From NCBI GenBank assembly GCA_963580245.1, contig CAUZJO010000001.1:533-64532 (forward strand): a DNA stretch of 64,000 nucleotides, given 5' to 3'. The translations under genes and the position numbers were made by a program. This document shows positions 1 to 9,238 of the stretch, piece by piece; the first letter of the stretch is position 1; every line of letters starts with the position of its first letter. The notes below the pieces were generated by a model, which was not told the origin of the DNA, made no database searches, and saw nothing but the letters and a program-made list of their open reading frames with translations. This stretch comes from Candidatus Sumerlaeia bacterium. GTDB lineage: Bacteria; Sumerlaeota; Sumerlaeia; MVZB01.

Positions 1-1
1 C

Positions 2-1624
2 TACGGGGCGCAGAACCGCGAAGCAACGGTGTCGGGGGGCGGAACGGCCCTCAGCTATGACTTCAAAGGCAACCTCTCGGCCCGGCCGCCGCTCGCCGGC
101 GGCAATACCTATAACCATACCTGGGACGAGTACGACCGACTGACTCAGGTCGCGCGCGACGGGGCGACGACGGTGACCTACACCTACGACGCCCTCGGCC
201 GCCTGCTCTACCGTGAAAAGGGAACGGACGAGCGGACGTACTATTACTATTTCGGTCTCAAACGCATCGCCGAGGAGGAGCGCGGCGCCGAATCGGGCGG
301 CGATAAAGCGGTCTTCCGGCCCGATACGGAGACCGATGACACACCGACTTCCAACGGCTGGTATATCTATACCGGCCTGGGAACGCAGTCGATGAGCTAC
401 GCCGACGACGCGGAGCGCGGCAACGCCGTGAACCTGCATTCCACGTCGACCAACGCGCTGGGCGGGACGTTTATGATCGGTGACACCAACTCCGATATCA
501 ATCCCAACGACGACCCGTGGAACGACACCGACCGCAAGCACGGGGCGCTCTGGATGCGCAATGCCAATACAAATCCAACCAACTTCGTCCACTTGCGGTA
601 TATCGTCGAGAGCGAAGACGATCAGGACCCTCCGCAGACCAGCTCATATGACATGCGATTCGTCACCACGACCGGGACCGACACCATCGACGGCAACAAC
701 TTGTGGTACTATGTCGGAACGTCGTATAATGACGATAAATGGCATTACATGGAGTTTGACCTTGACCAGCGAGTGAAGGACCTGCTCGGTTCGGGTTACA
801 ATTTGAAAAAGGTCTTCTACTTCATGACCCGCTGCCGCGACCTGTACCTGGACGACATGGTCCTCAGCGGCGGCGAGTTGCGGCGCTCCTATCAGGTTGT
901 TCCCAAGAAGTCGATCGGCGCGGTCTTGGGGGCGAAGGCGGGCGAAAATCATAAGTCGGGCGGTCGCGATCTGTGGTGTTAACCTACCAACGATCTCGGC
1001 GCCGTCATGGCCACGACCGACTCGGCGGGGGACAAGATCGGCGTCTATCAACCCGATTTTTATGGCAATTACCGTTACGTGAACGGCTCGCGGCCCGATG
1101 AACTCGGTCTGACCGGTAAGTTTTATGACGATGATGCGGGGCTTTACTACTTCAACGCCCGCTGGTATGACTCGGAACGGGGACATTGGATATCGCCGGA
1201 ACCGAATGGACTGGACGGGCCGAACGTCTATCAGTTCGTCTATAATCAGACGGTTAATGGCTATGACTCCACCGGCTTGCAGTTCATCATCCCGGTGCCC
1301 GTCCCGGGGGGACCCAGGCGTGGGGCGCCTCCGATGCGTCTGCCGGACATTCCCTGGTGGATGAATCCCATCAAGCCGATCGTAATCGTTGTCGGCATTT
1401 GCGTGGGCCGCATTATCGATGATATCTTTGGCGGTGACACCGACGACTCCGATGATGAGCCGGACGACGATGATAACGACCCCTGTGAACGGCAGTACGA
1501 TGAAGACTCTAAGGTCTGCAGGGGTTTGAGTCATCCGGCAAGCCGCATGGCTTGCTGGTAGCAAGCCATGACGCGCAAAGTGCTGTGCATGCGAGGCTTT
1601 CCCATGCCGCCACTGACTCATTAA
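2..1624 (+). CDS. RHS/YD-repeat protein, 3' part (5' end outside window), with C-terminal toxin-like domain; two in-frame stops (TAA 980-982, TAG 1559-1561)
   Basis: YD repeats (TWDEYDRL, YTYDALGRL) and RHS core (GLTGKFYDDDAGLYYFNARWYDSERGHWISPEP...YNQTVNGYDSTGL). ORFs 29..982 and 1007..1561 are in the same frame, and the frame continues past TAG to TAA 1622-1624. Confidence 0.85.
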
Positions 1625-1647
1625 CGAGGGAGGAATCTCAAAAGGTG

Positions 1648-2305
1648 ATGTTGGGCGCAATGGACGAGATTCAATGGGCGGAGATTGAGGAGCACCTGGC
1701 GGGGAGATCTTTCCGAGGGACGATCAATGAAATTCAATCGGCGCTCGAAACGATGACGGACCCTTTCGAACGCTCCGGGTTGCTGGCGTTGATGGCGGCC
1801 TGTTATCTGCCCCTGGCCAGCAAATATGAGTTCAGGAAGAACGACCGGCGGACGGGCCGGAAATACTTGGCCGATTCCGAAGCAACCTACATCCGGGCCG
1901 TCCATGCTTGTCGATCAAACCTAAGTGCCTGGTTGGACGCCGCTTTTTTTTATCTTCGTGAGGGATGAGCCGCAGAAGGGCCTGCAATGGCTCAAAGTCC
2001 CGGGGCGGGAAGTCCACCCCCAGTTGCGGGACCAATCGGCTTGGTTGGAACACCGGCGGTTGTCCATGCGCGGCACGGCCCACGCGTTGCTGGGCAACAT
2101 GCCGCAGGCGGCCAAGGACTTTTACAGCGCGTACGGGCCCGCCTTTCAAAAGCCGGTCAAGCGGCCCGACCTGTCGTTTTTCGTCACCAAGGAGAGGCTC
2201 GACCTCCCGCCACGGGTGCTCGCTTTTATCCTGGAGAGTGTCCGCGGCTTCCGCGACCTTAAAGAAGAGGACATCAACCTTATCCGGTCTAAATACCCCT
2301 TCTAA
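1648..2305 (+). CDS. Putative immunity protein (helical, TPR-like), frameshifted near the poly-T run at ~1944-1957
   Basis: Directly follows the RHS C-terminus with a GGAGG RBS. ORFs 1552..1968 and 1925..2305 join plausibly at the T8 run. Confidence 0.5.
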
Positions 2306-2314
2306 AGCTCCACA

Positions 2315-4045
2315 ATGCGACCGGCCGCGCGAAAGATTTTGAATACCAAGAACGCGGTGGCCGTGTTCATCGTCGTGGCGTTGAGCGTGATTGCGGCGCT
2401 CGCGGTGCCCGATTCATCTTCGCCCGGCCACGGCGGCCCCTGGTACAGCATCCTGCCGCCGCTGCTCGCCGTGACGTTGGCGATCGTCACCCGCCGCGTC
2501 ATGGGCAGCTTGGCCTTGGCGATCGTGATCGGCGGGCTACTGGCGAGCGTCCCCTCCTCGCCGCTTGCCGTGGGCACTTGGGGTGAGGGGCTTCGGATCT
2601 CGTTCCAATTCGTGTGGGGCTCGGTGGCGGATTGGACGAACATCCAAATCCTGGCTTTCGTCGTTGTCGTGCTGGCCATGATCTCGACGGTGATCGTCGC
2701 TGGCGGGTTGCAGGCGATCGTCTTGTGGCTCGCGCGTTTCGTGCGCGGGCCGCGCTCGGCGCAGACGGTGACGGCCCTTATGGGCCTGACCGTCTTCATC
2801 GACGATTACGCCAACACGATGATCGTCGGGGCCTCGATGCGGCCGGTCACCGACCGATTGCGCGTCAGCCGCGAGAAGCTCGCGTTCCTCGTCGATTCGA
2901 CCAGCGCCCCCGTCGCCGGCGTGGCCGTCGTCAGCACATGGGTCGGTTACGAGGTGGGGCTGTTCGAGGACCTGGCCCGCTCGGCCGGGATCGAATCGAC
3001 CGGCTATGCCATGCTGTTCGCCGCCCTCCCGTTCCGCTTTTACTGCATCCTGATGATCTGCTTCGTGTTGATGAACGCTCTGACCGGCAAGGATTTCGGC
3101 CCGATGGCGCGCGCCGAACGCCGTTGCCGCGCCACGGGCGCCGTGGCCGAGGAGGATGCCGTTGCGATGACGTCGAAGGCCTTCTCGACGGCGACGCCGG
3201 CTCCCGGCGCAAGGGCTCGCATGGCGACCGCCATCCTGCCCATCGCCGCGTTGTTCGGCTTCTTGTTCGTGGGCATCTGGCTGGACGGCGGCGGGGGTCG
3301 CCGGCTGGCCGAAAGCCCACTGGCCCTCCTGAGCCCGGCCGCCTGGATGGACGTGATCGGCGCGTCCGAGAACAGCATCCCGCTGCTGGCGGGGGCGGGG
3401 GCCGTGTCGTTGGCGTTGGTCGTCATCTGCGCGCGCTGGCTGGCCAAGGCGCCGTTCGCCGTCATCGTCCGCTCGGTTCTTGCGGGCGCGCGCGCGAGTC
3501 TTCTCCCGGTGGCGATCTTGGTTTTGGCGTGGTCGCTCAAGGCAGCCTGCGACCGCCTGGGCACCGGACCGTTCCTGGTGGCGGCCGTGGGCGAGACGCT
3601 GGGCGCGGCGTGGTTCCCGGCGATCACGTTTATCATCGCCGCGCTCACCTCGTTCTCCACTGGGACCAGTTTCGGCACGATGGCGATTCTCATCCCGGTG
3701 GCGGGGCCGATCGCGTTTCACCTCGGGGGCGACGCCCATGGGTTGGTGATGATGGTCACGCTGGCCGCCATCCTGGACGGATCGATCCTCGGCGACCATT
3801 GCTCGCCGATCTCCGACACCACGATCATGAGTTCGATCTCCAGCTCGTGCGATCACATCCATCATGTGCGCACGCAACTGCCCTACAGCCTGACGGTGGG
3901 GTCGTTGGCGTTGATTTGCGGGTATCTACCGGCCGGTTTCGGCGTCTCGCCGTGGCTGGCCTTGCCGGCCGCCGTCGCGGCGATGGCCGTGCTCTTCTAC
4001 TTTCTGCCGGCCGGGCGGGACGCGGCGGCGACCACTCGGTCTTAA
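2315..4045 (+). CDS. Na+/H+ antiporter NhaC family / ion-coupled transporter
   Basis: Multiple TM segments; motifs FIDDYAN, REKLAFLVDSTSAP, TGTSFGT, GDHCSPISDTTIMSS, HIHHVRTQLPY. Confidence 0.9.
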   Translation: MRPAARKILNTKNAVAVFIVVALSVIAALAVPDSSSPGHGGPWYSILPPLLAVTLAIVTRRVMGSLALAIVIGGLLASVPSSPLAVGTWGEGLRISFQFVWGSVADWTNIQILAFVVVVLAMISTVIVAGGLQAIVLWLARFVRGPRSAQTVTALMGLTVFIDDYANTMIVGASMRPVTDRLRVSREKLAFLVDSTSAPVAGVAVVSTWVGYEVGLFEDLARSAGIESTGYAMLFAALPFRFYCILMICFVLMNALTGKDFGPMARAERRCRATGAVAEEDAVAMTSKAFSTATPAPGARARMATAILPIAALFGFLFVGIWLDGGGGRRLAESPLALLSPAAWMDVIGASENSIPLLAGAGAVSLALVVICARWLAKAPFAVIVRSVLAGARASLLPVAILVLAWSLKAACDRLGTGPFLVAAVGETLGAAWFPAITFIIAALTSFSTGTSFGTMAILIPVAGPIAFHLGGDAHGLVMMVTLAAILDGSILGDHCSPISDTTIMSSISSSCDHIHHVRTQLPYSLTVGSLALICGYLPAGFGVSPWLALPAAVAAMAVLFYFLPAGRDAAATTRS

Positions 4046-4177
4046 GGGAATTAAGAATCCGATTTGCAATCGTCCCTACGAGACTCCAATTCATTATCGG
4101 CTTAGTTTCCCGCCACTTGCGTGGCGGGCTGAAAGCAATCGTCCCCTTGCCGGGACTAATCTATAGAGCAGCCCTTG
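4043..4177. repeat. MITE/REP-like element, copy 1 of 3
   Basis: Similar to 37538-37674 and 48815-48948; contains CCCGCCAC-TTGC-GTGGCGGG hairpin and GTCCC...GGGAC units. Lies between convergent genes and supplies the antiporter stop codon. Confidence 0.85.
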
Positions 4178-4218
4178 ATCGATCCTCGCCGCGCTCGCGG
4201 ACCGATTTGGGGGAAGCT

Positions 4219-5064
4219 CTACTGCGCCATCCCAAGCTCGCGCAGACGGCCCTGGACGCGGCGCAGGTCGGTGATCGGTCGTTCGTAGTCCTTGGGCGGG
4301 AGTGTCGCGACGTGTGCGTTGACCTCATTGATGCGTGAGCCGGTCGCCGGGTGGGAGGCGAAGAACGTCGCCACGGGTCCACGGTCTCCATACTTGCTCA
4401 CCAGCTTCTCGAAGAACGCGGTCAACGCCGTGGGATCGTAGCCCGCCCGATGCAGCGATCGCACCGCGATGGCGTCCGCTTCGCTCTCATCCACCCGGCT
4501 GTGCTTGAGGATCGCCCACTGCTGAGTGAGGCCGGTCAACGCATCAAAGACGGGCAGTGAATCCTCGCCCAGGAGAACCCGCTCGAACAGGTCCCCCGCG
4601 AAATCCAACGTCATCTGGCTGCTGAGAGCGCGGGCGCTGTGGCGGCGTACGACGTGGCCGACCTCATGGGCGACCACCCCCGCCAGCTCAGCCTCATCAT
4701 CGGCCGCGGCGATCAGGCCGGTGTGGACAAAGACCGACCCCCCGGGGATGGCGAAAGCGTTGATCTCGTCGTTCTCGATCACGTAAAACTTGGGTTCGAA
4801 CGGGCTCGAAGGTGAGTTTCTCGAGATGCGCCGGCCCAGCTCCTCGATGTAGTCGGTCACCACGGGCTCGCGCACGTAGACGATCTCTTTTTCCAGTTCC
4901 CCCTTGAATTTCGCCCCCAATTCGGCCTCTTGCTCTTCGCTCATCAGAAAAGCGTTTCCCGAAAAGCTCATCAGACCGGCGCAACCGGTGGCGCCGGCCA
5001 TCAAGATGGTCAATACTTGGGCCTGAAGGACGGCCCGGAGGATTGGGCGGCTGATCGAGCGCAC
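4219..5064 (-). CDS. M48 family Zn metallopeptidase (BepA/YfgC-like, probable lipoprotein)
   Basis: INAFAIPGG, ELAGVVAHEVGH (HExxH), ESEAD, FFASHP; lipobox-like ATGC. Confidence 0.9.
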   Translation of the reverse strand: MRSISRPILRAVLQAQVLTILMAGATGCAGLMSFSGNAFLMSEEQEAELGAKFKGELEKEIVYVREPVVTDYIEELGRRISRNSPSSPFEPKFYVIENDEINAFAIPGGSVFVHTGLIAAADDEAELAGVVAHEVGHVVRRHSARALSSQMTLDFAGDLFERVLLGEDSLPVFDALTGLTQQWAILKHSRVDESEADAIAVRSLHRAGYDPTALTAFFEKLVSKYGDRGPVATFFASHPATGSRINEVNAHVATLPPKDYERPITDLRRVQGRLRELGMAQ

Positions 5065-5169
5065 GTCGGTTTTCCCCTTGGAGTGTCGCCCGCCCGCGGG
5101 CCTCCCGGCCAGCGAGCCAGCTTCACTATATTAGACGGACGCGTAAGACGAAAGATAGTTCCCCCACCG

Positions 5170-5328
5170 ATGCATTGCCCGCGCTGCCGAGTCAAGATGA
5201 AGGAGGAGCGTCGCTCCTTTCACAAACGGCGTAAATGGATTTGTCCGCGTTGCGGCCGGGCGAAGATGCAGACCCCGCCGGCCAAGGGGGGCCGCCGCGA
5301 ACCCCGGAGCGGCGGGGACAAGGACTAA
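5170..5328 (+). CDS. Small zinc-ribbon protein
   Basis: MHCPRCRVKM...WICPRCG: two CxxC pairs, 52 aa. Confidence 0.6.
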   Translation: MHCPRCRVKMKEERRSFHKRRKWICPRCGRAKMQTPPAKGGRREPRSGGDKD

Positions 5329-5329
5329 A

Positions 5330-6280
5330 TCAACGGGACCGCGCCGGGGCCTCGATGCCCAGCCAAAGCGCGCCCAGTGAAGCCGGTTGCGACAACCTCA
5401 CGGGTTCCAGCGACGGCACGGACTCCCCGATCAGTTCGGCGAATCGACTGAAGAACGACGGATGATTCTCAAACAACCCGCCCGCGCAAACGAGTTTTGT
5501 CCCTGCTTTCGATGCGGCCGGGCCGATGCGTTCGGCGGCCACCCGCGCGTGGGCCGCGAGGTGTTGCAGGGCAAGGTCCCGTATTTCGCGGCACGCGGGG
5601 TCTCCCTGGTCGGCGAGCTCCAGGGCCAAAGGCGCCAGGGCGGCAACTTCGCGGGTGGTGGTCTCGCCAAACCCGGCGGCCCAGGGGATCAACGCCTCGG
5701 GCCCCTCAAGCCCCAACCGAGCCAGGAGCCGCGGCAGGAGATCGGTCGCCTCGATCCGCCCGTCGGCCATGCCGGAGGCGGCCTGCAAGAGTCGGCGGCC
5801 GATCCAGAATCCGGCGCCCTCGTCGCCGAGCGCGCTGCCCCAGCCGCCCACCCGGACCTGGCGTCCATCGGGCCCGACGCCGACGCAGATCGATCCGGTC
5901 CCCGCCACCAGGACCACCCCGGCGAGCTCCCCGGCCCCCGCCCGCAAGGCCGCGAGGGCATCGTTGCCGACCCAGCAGCGCCGCAGATTGGGGAACATCC
6001 GCCGCGCCCAGTCGCCGAGCCGGTCCTTTTCGGCGGGCCGGTCCACTCCGGCCATGCCGAGGCCCGCCAACCCGACCCGGTCCGGCGCCGAGCCCGTCGA
6101 TTTGAGGGCCTCGCGCAGGATCTGGCCGACCTTTTCGAGAAACGGGTCCCACCCCACCAGCTTGGGGTTTACCCCCGGGGCCTGGCCGTGCTGGACGGTT
6201 CCTCCAGCGAGCCGGAGGGACCACTTCAGACGGCTGGCGCCCCCATCGACGCCCACCGCGACCTCGAACTCGTCACCCAT
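5330..6280 (-). CDS. BadF/BadG/BcrA/BcrD-type ATPase, N-acetylglucosamine kinase-like
   Basis: GVDGGAS, GLGMAG, NDA, VLVAGTGSI, GGWGSALGDEGAGFWIG. Confidence 0.85.
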   Translation of the reverse strand: MGDEFEVAVGVDGGASRLKWSLRLAGGTVQHGQAPGVNPKLVGWDPFLEKVGQILREALKSTGSAPDRVGLAGLGMAGVDRPAEKDRLGDWARRMFPNLRRCWVGNDALAALRAGAGELAGVVLVAGTGSICVGVGPDGRQVRVGGWGSALGDEGAGFWIGRRLLQAASGMADGRIEATDLLPRLLARLGLEGPEALIPWAAGFGETTTREVAALAPLALELADQGDPACREIRDLALQHLAAHARVAAERIGPAASKAGTKLVCAGGLFENHPSFFSRFAELIGESVPSLEPVRLSQPASLGALWLGIEAPARSR

Positions 6281-6472
6281 TGCGTCAAATATCCGTCACA
6301 TAAACCTGGCCCAACCGGAGGGGGCCGCCGGAAAAATGGCGCAGACTCCAGCCTGGGAAAAAATTTCCTGGTCGCCCGCCAGGCCTAAAATGCCCCTGCG
6401 GATTGGATAAGTCCAGTCTTTTCAGTCATGTTTGTCGCGGCGGGAAGCGTTTTAGGGGCCTCGGCCCGTCAC

Positions 6473-6487
6473 TGGTATCACTCTTGC
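6473..6487 (+). promoter_or_regulatory. sigma54 -24/-12 promoter upstream of flgF
   Basis: TGGTATCACTCTTGC (GG-N10-GC), 45 nt before the flgF ATG. Confidence 0.65.
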
Positions 6488-6532
6488 GCGATACCGGCGT
6501 GGATTCTTGGAACCGGGCGGGGGAAGGACCCT

Positions 6533-7294
6533 ATGAAAGACATCTATCTGGCGTTGGCGGGGGCGATGGGGCAGGAGCAACGGATGGCTCAGATCGCCAA
6601 TAACCTCTCTAACGTCAACACTGTAGGCTTCAAGAAAGACGGCTCGGTGTTCCTGGACTACTTCAAGGCCGCCCAGGCCGAGGCCCAAGCGGCGGGCGCC
6701 ACCTCGCTGCCGGAAAATCCTTCCGACCACGTCTGGCCCACCGGGGCGCGGATGTTTATCGACTTCGCCCAAGGCGACGTGCGTCAGACCGACCGGCCCC
6801 TCGACGCCGCCCTGGCCGGCGACGGCTTCTTTAGGGTGCAGGTCGAGGGGGATTCTCGGCCCTTCTACACCCGGGCCGGGAATTTTCAGGTCAACGTCGA
6901 TGGAGACCTGGTCACGCCGCTCGGTCATGCGGTCCTGGACGACAGCGGGAATCCCATCCGGATCAATACCGCTGACTCAGAACCTCGTATCAACAACGAC
7001 GGAGAGAGATTCGTGGGCGAGACGCCGGCGGCCAAGCTGGGCGTTGCCCGTTTCGAGCAGCCCGCCGTCTTGATCAAGTATGGCAAGGGCCTCTTCACCG
7101 TGCCCGATGGGAGCCAGCACGAGGATGTGAATGATCCCGACGTGCGGCCGGGGATGATCGAGGGCTCCAACGTGCGCCCGATCGAGGAGATGATCCAGAT
7201 GATCCAGGTCCAGCGCGCCTACGAAACACAGCAAAAAGTCATGCAGACAATCGATGAACTGTTTGAACGGAGGCTTAATGCCGCGTCCCAATGA
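6533..7294 (+). CDS. flgF: Flagellar basal-body rod protein FlgF
   Basis: IANNLSNVNTVGFKKD, YTRAGNF, EGSNVRPIEEMIQMIQVQRAYE. ATG 6533 with AAGGA RBS. Confidence 0.85.
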   Translation: MKDIYLALAGAMGQEQRMAQIANNLSNVNTVGFKKDGSVFLDYFKAAQAEAQAAGATSLPENPSDHVWPTGARMFIDFAQGDVRQTDRPLDAALAGDGFFRVQVEGDSRPFYTRAGNFQVNVDGDLVTPLGHAVLDDSGNPIRINTADSEPRINNDGERFVGETPAAKLGVARFEQPAVLIKYGKGLFTVPDGSQHEDVNDPDVRPGMIEGSNVRPIEEMIQMIQVQRAYETQQKVMQTIDELFERRLNAASQ

Positions 7295-7341
7295 TGACGA
7301 ACGCATACGCCAAGCCACGCTCCATTCCCACGGGACCTCCG

Positions 7342-7355
7342 TGGCATCGGATTTC
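7342..7355 (+). promoter_or_regulatory. Possible sigma54 promoter upstream of flgG (one base short of consensus)
   Basis: TGGCATCGGATTT-C; would be canonical TGGCATCGGATTTGC if one G is missing. Confidence 0.3.
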
Positions 7356-7374
7356 TTCGGTAAAGGGTGATTAG

Positions 7375-8155
7375 ATGCGAGCACTTTACGTCGCCGCCAC
7401 GGGCATGCACGCCCAGCAGCTGAACATTGACAACATCTCGAACAACCTGGCCAACGTCAGCACCAACGGCTTCAAGCGAGGTCGGGTCGATTTTCAGGAC
7501 CTGCTCTACGAAGCCGCCCGACCGGCCGGCGCCAACGCCAGCGTCAACACGGAAATCCCGACGGGCATCTATGTGGGTCACGGCTCCCGCGTGGCGTCGA
7601 TCCAGAAGCTCTTCACCCAGGGGTCGTTCCAGAAGACCGACCAGCAGTACGACGTGGCGATCGAGGGGGACGGGTTCTTCCAGATCACCATGCCGAACGG
7701 CGAGACGAGCTACACCCGAGATGGCTCGTTCAAGCTCGACAGCACGGGCCAGATGGTCACCAGCAACGGCGATCCATTGACGCCCATCGTCACGATCCCG
7801 ACCGACGCCGAACGGGTGATTATTGCCGACGACGGGACGGTCTCGGTGATCCAGCCAGGCCACGGCGAACGTCGTGACGACGATTACCACCGCGCGATTT
7901 GCCAACCCCGCCGGTCTTGAGGCCCTGGGCAAGAACCTCTATCGCGAGACGCAGTCCTCGGGCACGCCGACGATCGGCAACCCCGGGGGCGACGGATTCG
8001 GCGCGCTGCGACAGAATTTCATCGAGATGAGTAACGTGAGCGTGGTCGAGGAGCTGGTCAGCATGATCATTGCCCAGCGGGCCTACGAGATCAGCTCGAA
8101 GGCGATCACCACGGGCGACGAGATGCTGCAAACCGCCACCCAACTAAAGCGCTAA
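7375..8155 (+). CDS. flgG: Flagellar basal-body rod protein FlgG (frameshift near 7855-7875)
   Basis: [15 protein letters not shown]...[23 protein letters not shown] in one frame; FANPAGL...[22 protein letters not shown] in the next frame. Confidence 0.9.
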
Positions 8156-8545
8156 ACCGGGTTTAGGCGACCCGCTTGGAGGATAGGGCAGATGAAGCAG
8201 ATGATCAGACAGCCGACGTTCATAAACCAGTACCGGATCGGCATGGGGGGGATTGGGGTCGTGGACCAGGATCGGGTCCGCCTCGTCGGGTCGCACCTCG
8301 GCCACCTCGACCTTGTCATGGGTCGTGATCGGCGGCGTCTCCCCTTCCAGACCCCCGATGGCCTGGATCAATTGGTCATCGAACGACTGGACGGGCACCG
8401 ATTGGAGAATGGTGTCTTTGCGCTGATACGGCCCGTCGGGACCGGTCACGTGCTGGTTGGCCAGGTTCTCGGTGATCACGCGCATCCGCATGCGCTGCGC
8501 CCGCATCCCCGAGCCGCTGATATCGAGGGCCAGAAAGTCGTTCAT
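8144..8545 (-). pseudogene. flgC: Flagellar rod protein FlgC, C-terminally truncated at ~8225
   Basis: ISGSGMRAQRMRMRVITENLAN, GPYQRK, HDPNPPHAD; the conserved C-terminal NV..EM..RSYEAN segment is missing. Confidence 0.75.
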
Positions 8546-8560
8546 GATCCATCGGTCTCC

Positions 8561-8908
8561 TTATGCCGAGCTTTCCTGAGCGGCCGCGTTGAGCTGTTTG
8601 AGCTTGGCGGCCAGCAACTGCGCCGTCACCCGGTACATCATCTTGTTGCGGTCCATCTGGGCCAGCTCGCCCTCCAGATCGACGTTGTTGCCGTCCAGCA
8701 AAAGGGCCGATTCGGGCGAGTCCTCGATGATGGGCGTGGCGTCGACCTGTGCGATGGCGGCTTGCAGCGATGCATCGAAGTCGAGCTTGCGCGCGACGTA
8801 ACCCGGCGTATCGACGTTGGCGATATTGGAGGCGATGACCTGCTGGTTCGTCGACCGCAACGTCATCGCCCTGGCCATGGTTTGAATGTTGTCGTCAAAG
8901 ATCTGCAT
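8561..8908 (-). CDS. flgB: Flagellar basal-body rod protein FlgB
   Basis: QQVIASNIANVDTPGYVARKLDF, DGNNVDLEGE; ATG 8908 with GGAGGAGG RBS. Confidence 0.9.
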   Translation of the reverse strand: MQIFDDNIQTMARAMTLRSTNQQVIASNIANVDTPGYVARKLDFDASLQAAIAQVDATPIIEDSPESALLLDGNNVDLEGELAQMDRNKMMYRVTAQLLAAKLKQLNAAAQESSA

Positions 8909-8938
8909 AAGATGGCCCTCCTCCGCGACCGGAAGAAC

Positions 8939-8953
8939 GCAAAGTTGATGCCA
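8939..8953 (-). promoter_or_regulatory. sigma54 -24/-12 promoter upstream of flgB
   Basis: Minus strand TGGCATCAACTTTGC, near-consensus. Confidence 0.75.
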
Positions 8954-9143
8954 ACAGACCGCACTATCCCCAAAACGCCAAATACCGGACAACGCGCTTC
9001 TGATTCCACCGTGGATATAAAGAGTTAGATGGCTGAAAACAAAGAGCTTGTACTAGTAACGGTGGGTCGGCAATAATTTGGCGATGACTGAGCGTAACAC
9101 GAGAAAGACAATCGTATCGCCAAAACTTTGACGATACGGACCG

Positions 9144-9235
9144 TCAAGGATGGGGTCGGCACTCGTGCTTGTCCCACTTCTTGCGGGCGTTGATGAACGC
9201 GCCTTTGTAGAAAAGGAAGAGCCGTCCATCGATGA
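9144..9235 (-). pseudogene. Remnant of a YHS-domain protein C-terminus
   Basis: IDGRLFLFYKGAFINARKKWDK resembles YHS-family C-terminal segments; no start codon or N-terminus. Confidence 0.35.
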
Positions 9236-9238
9236 ACG

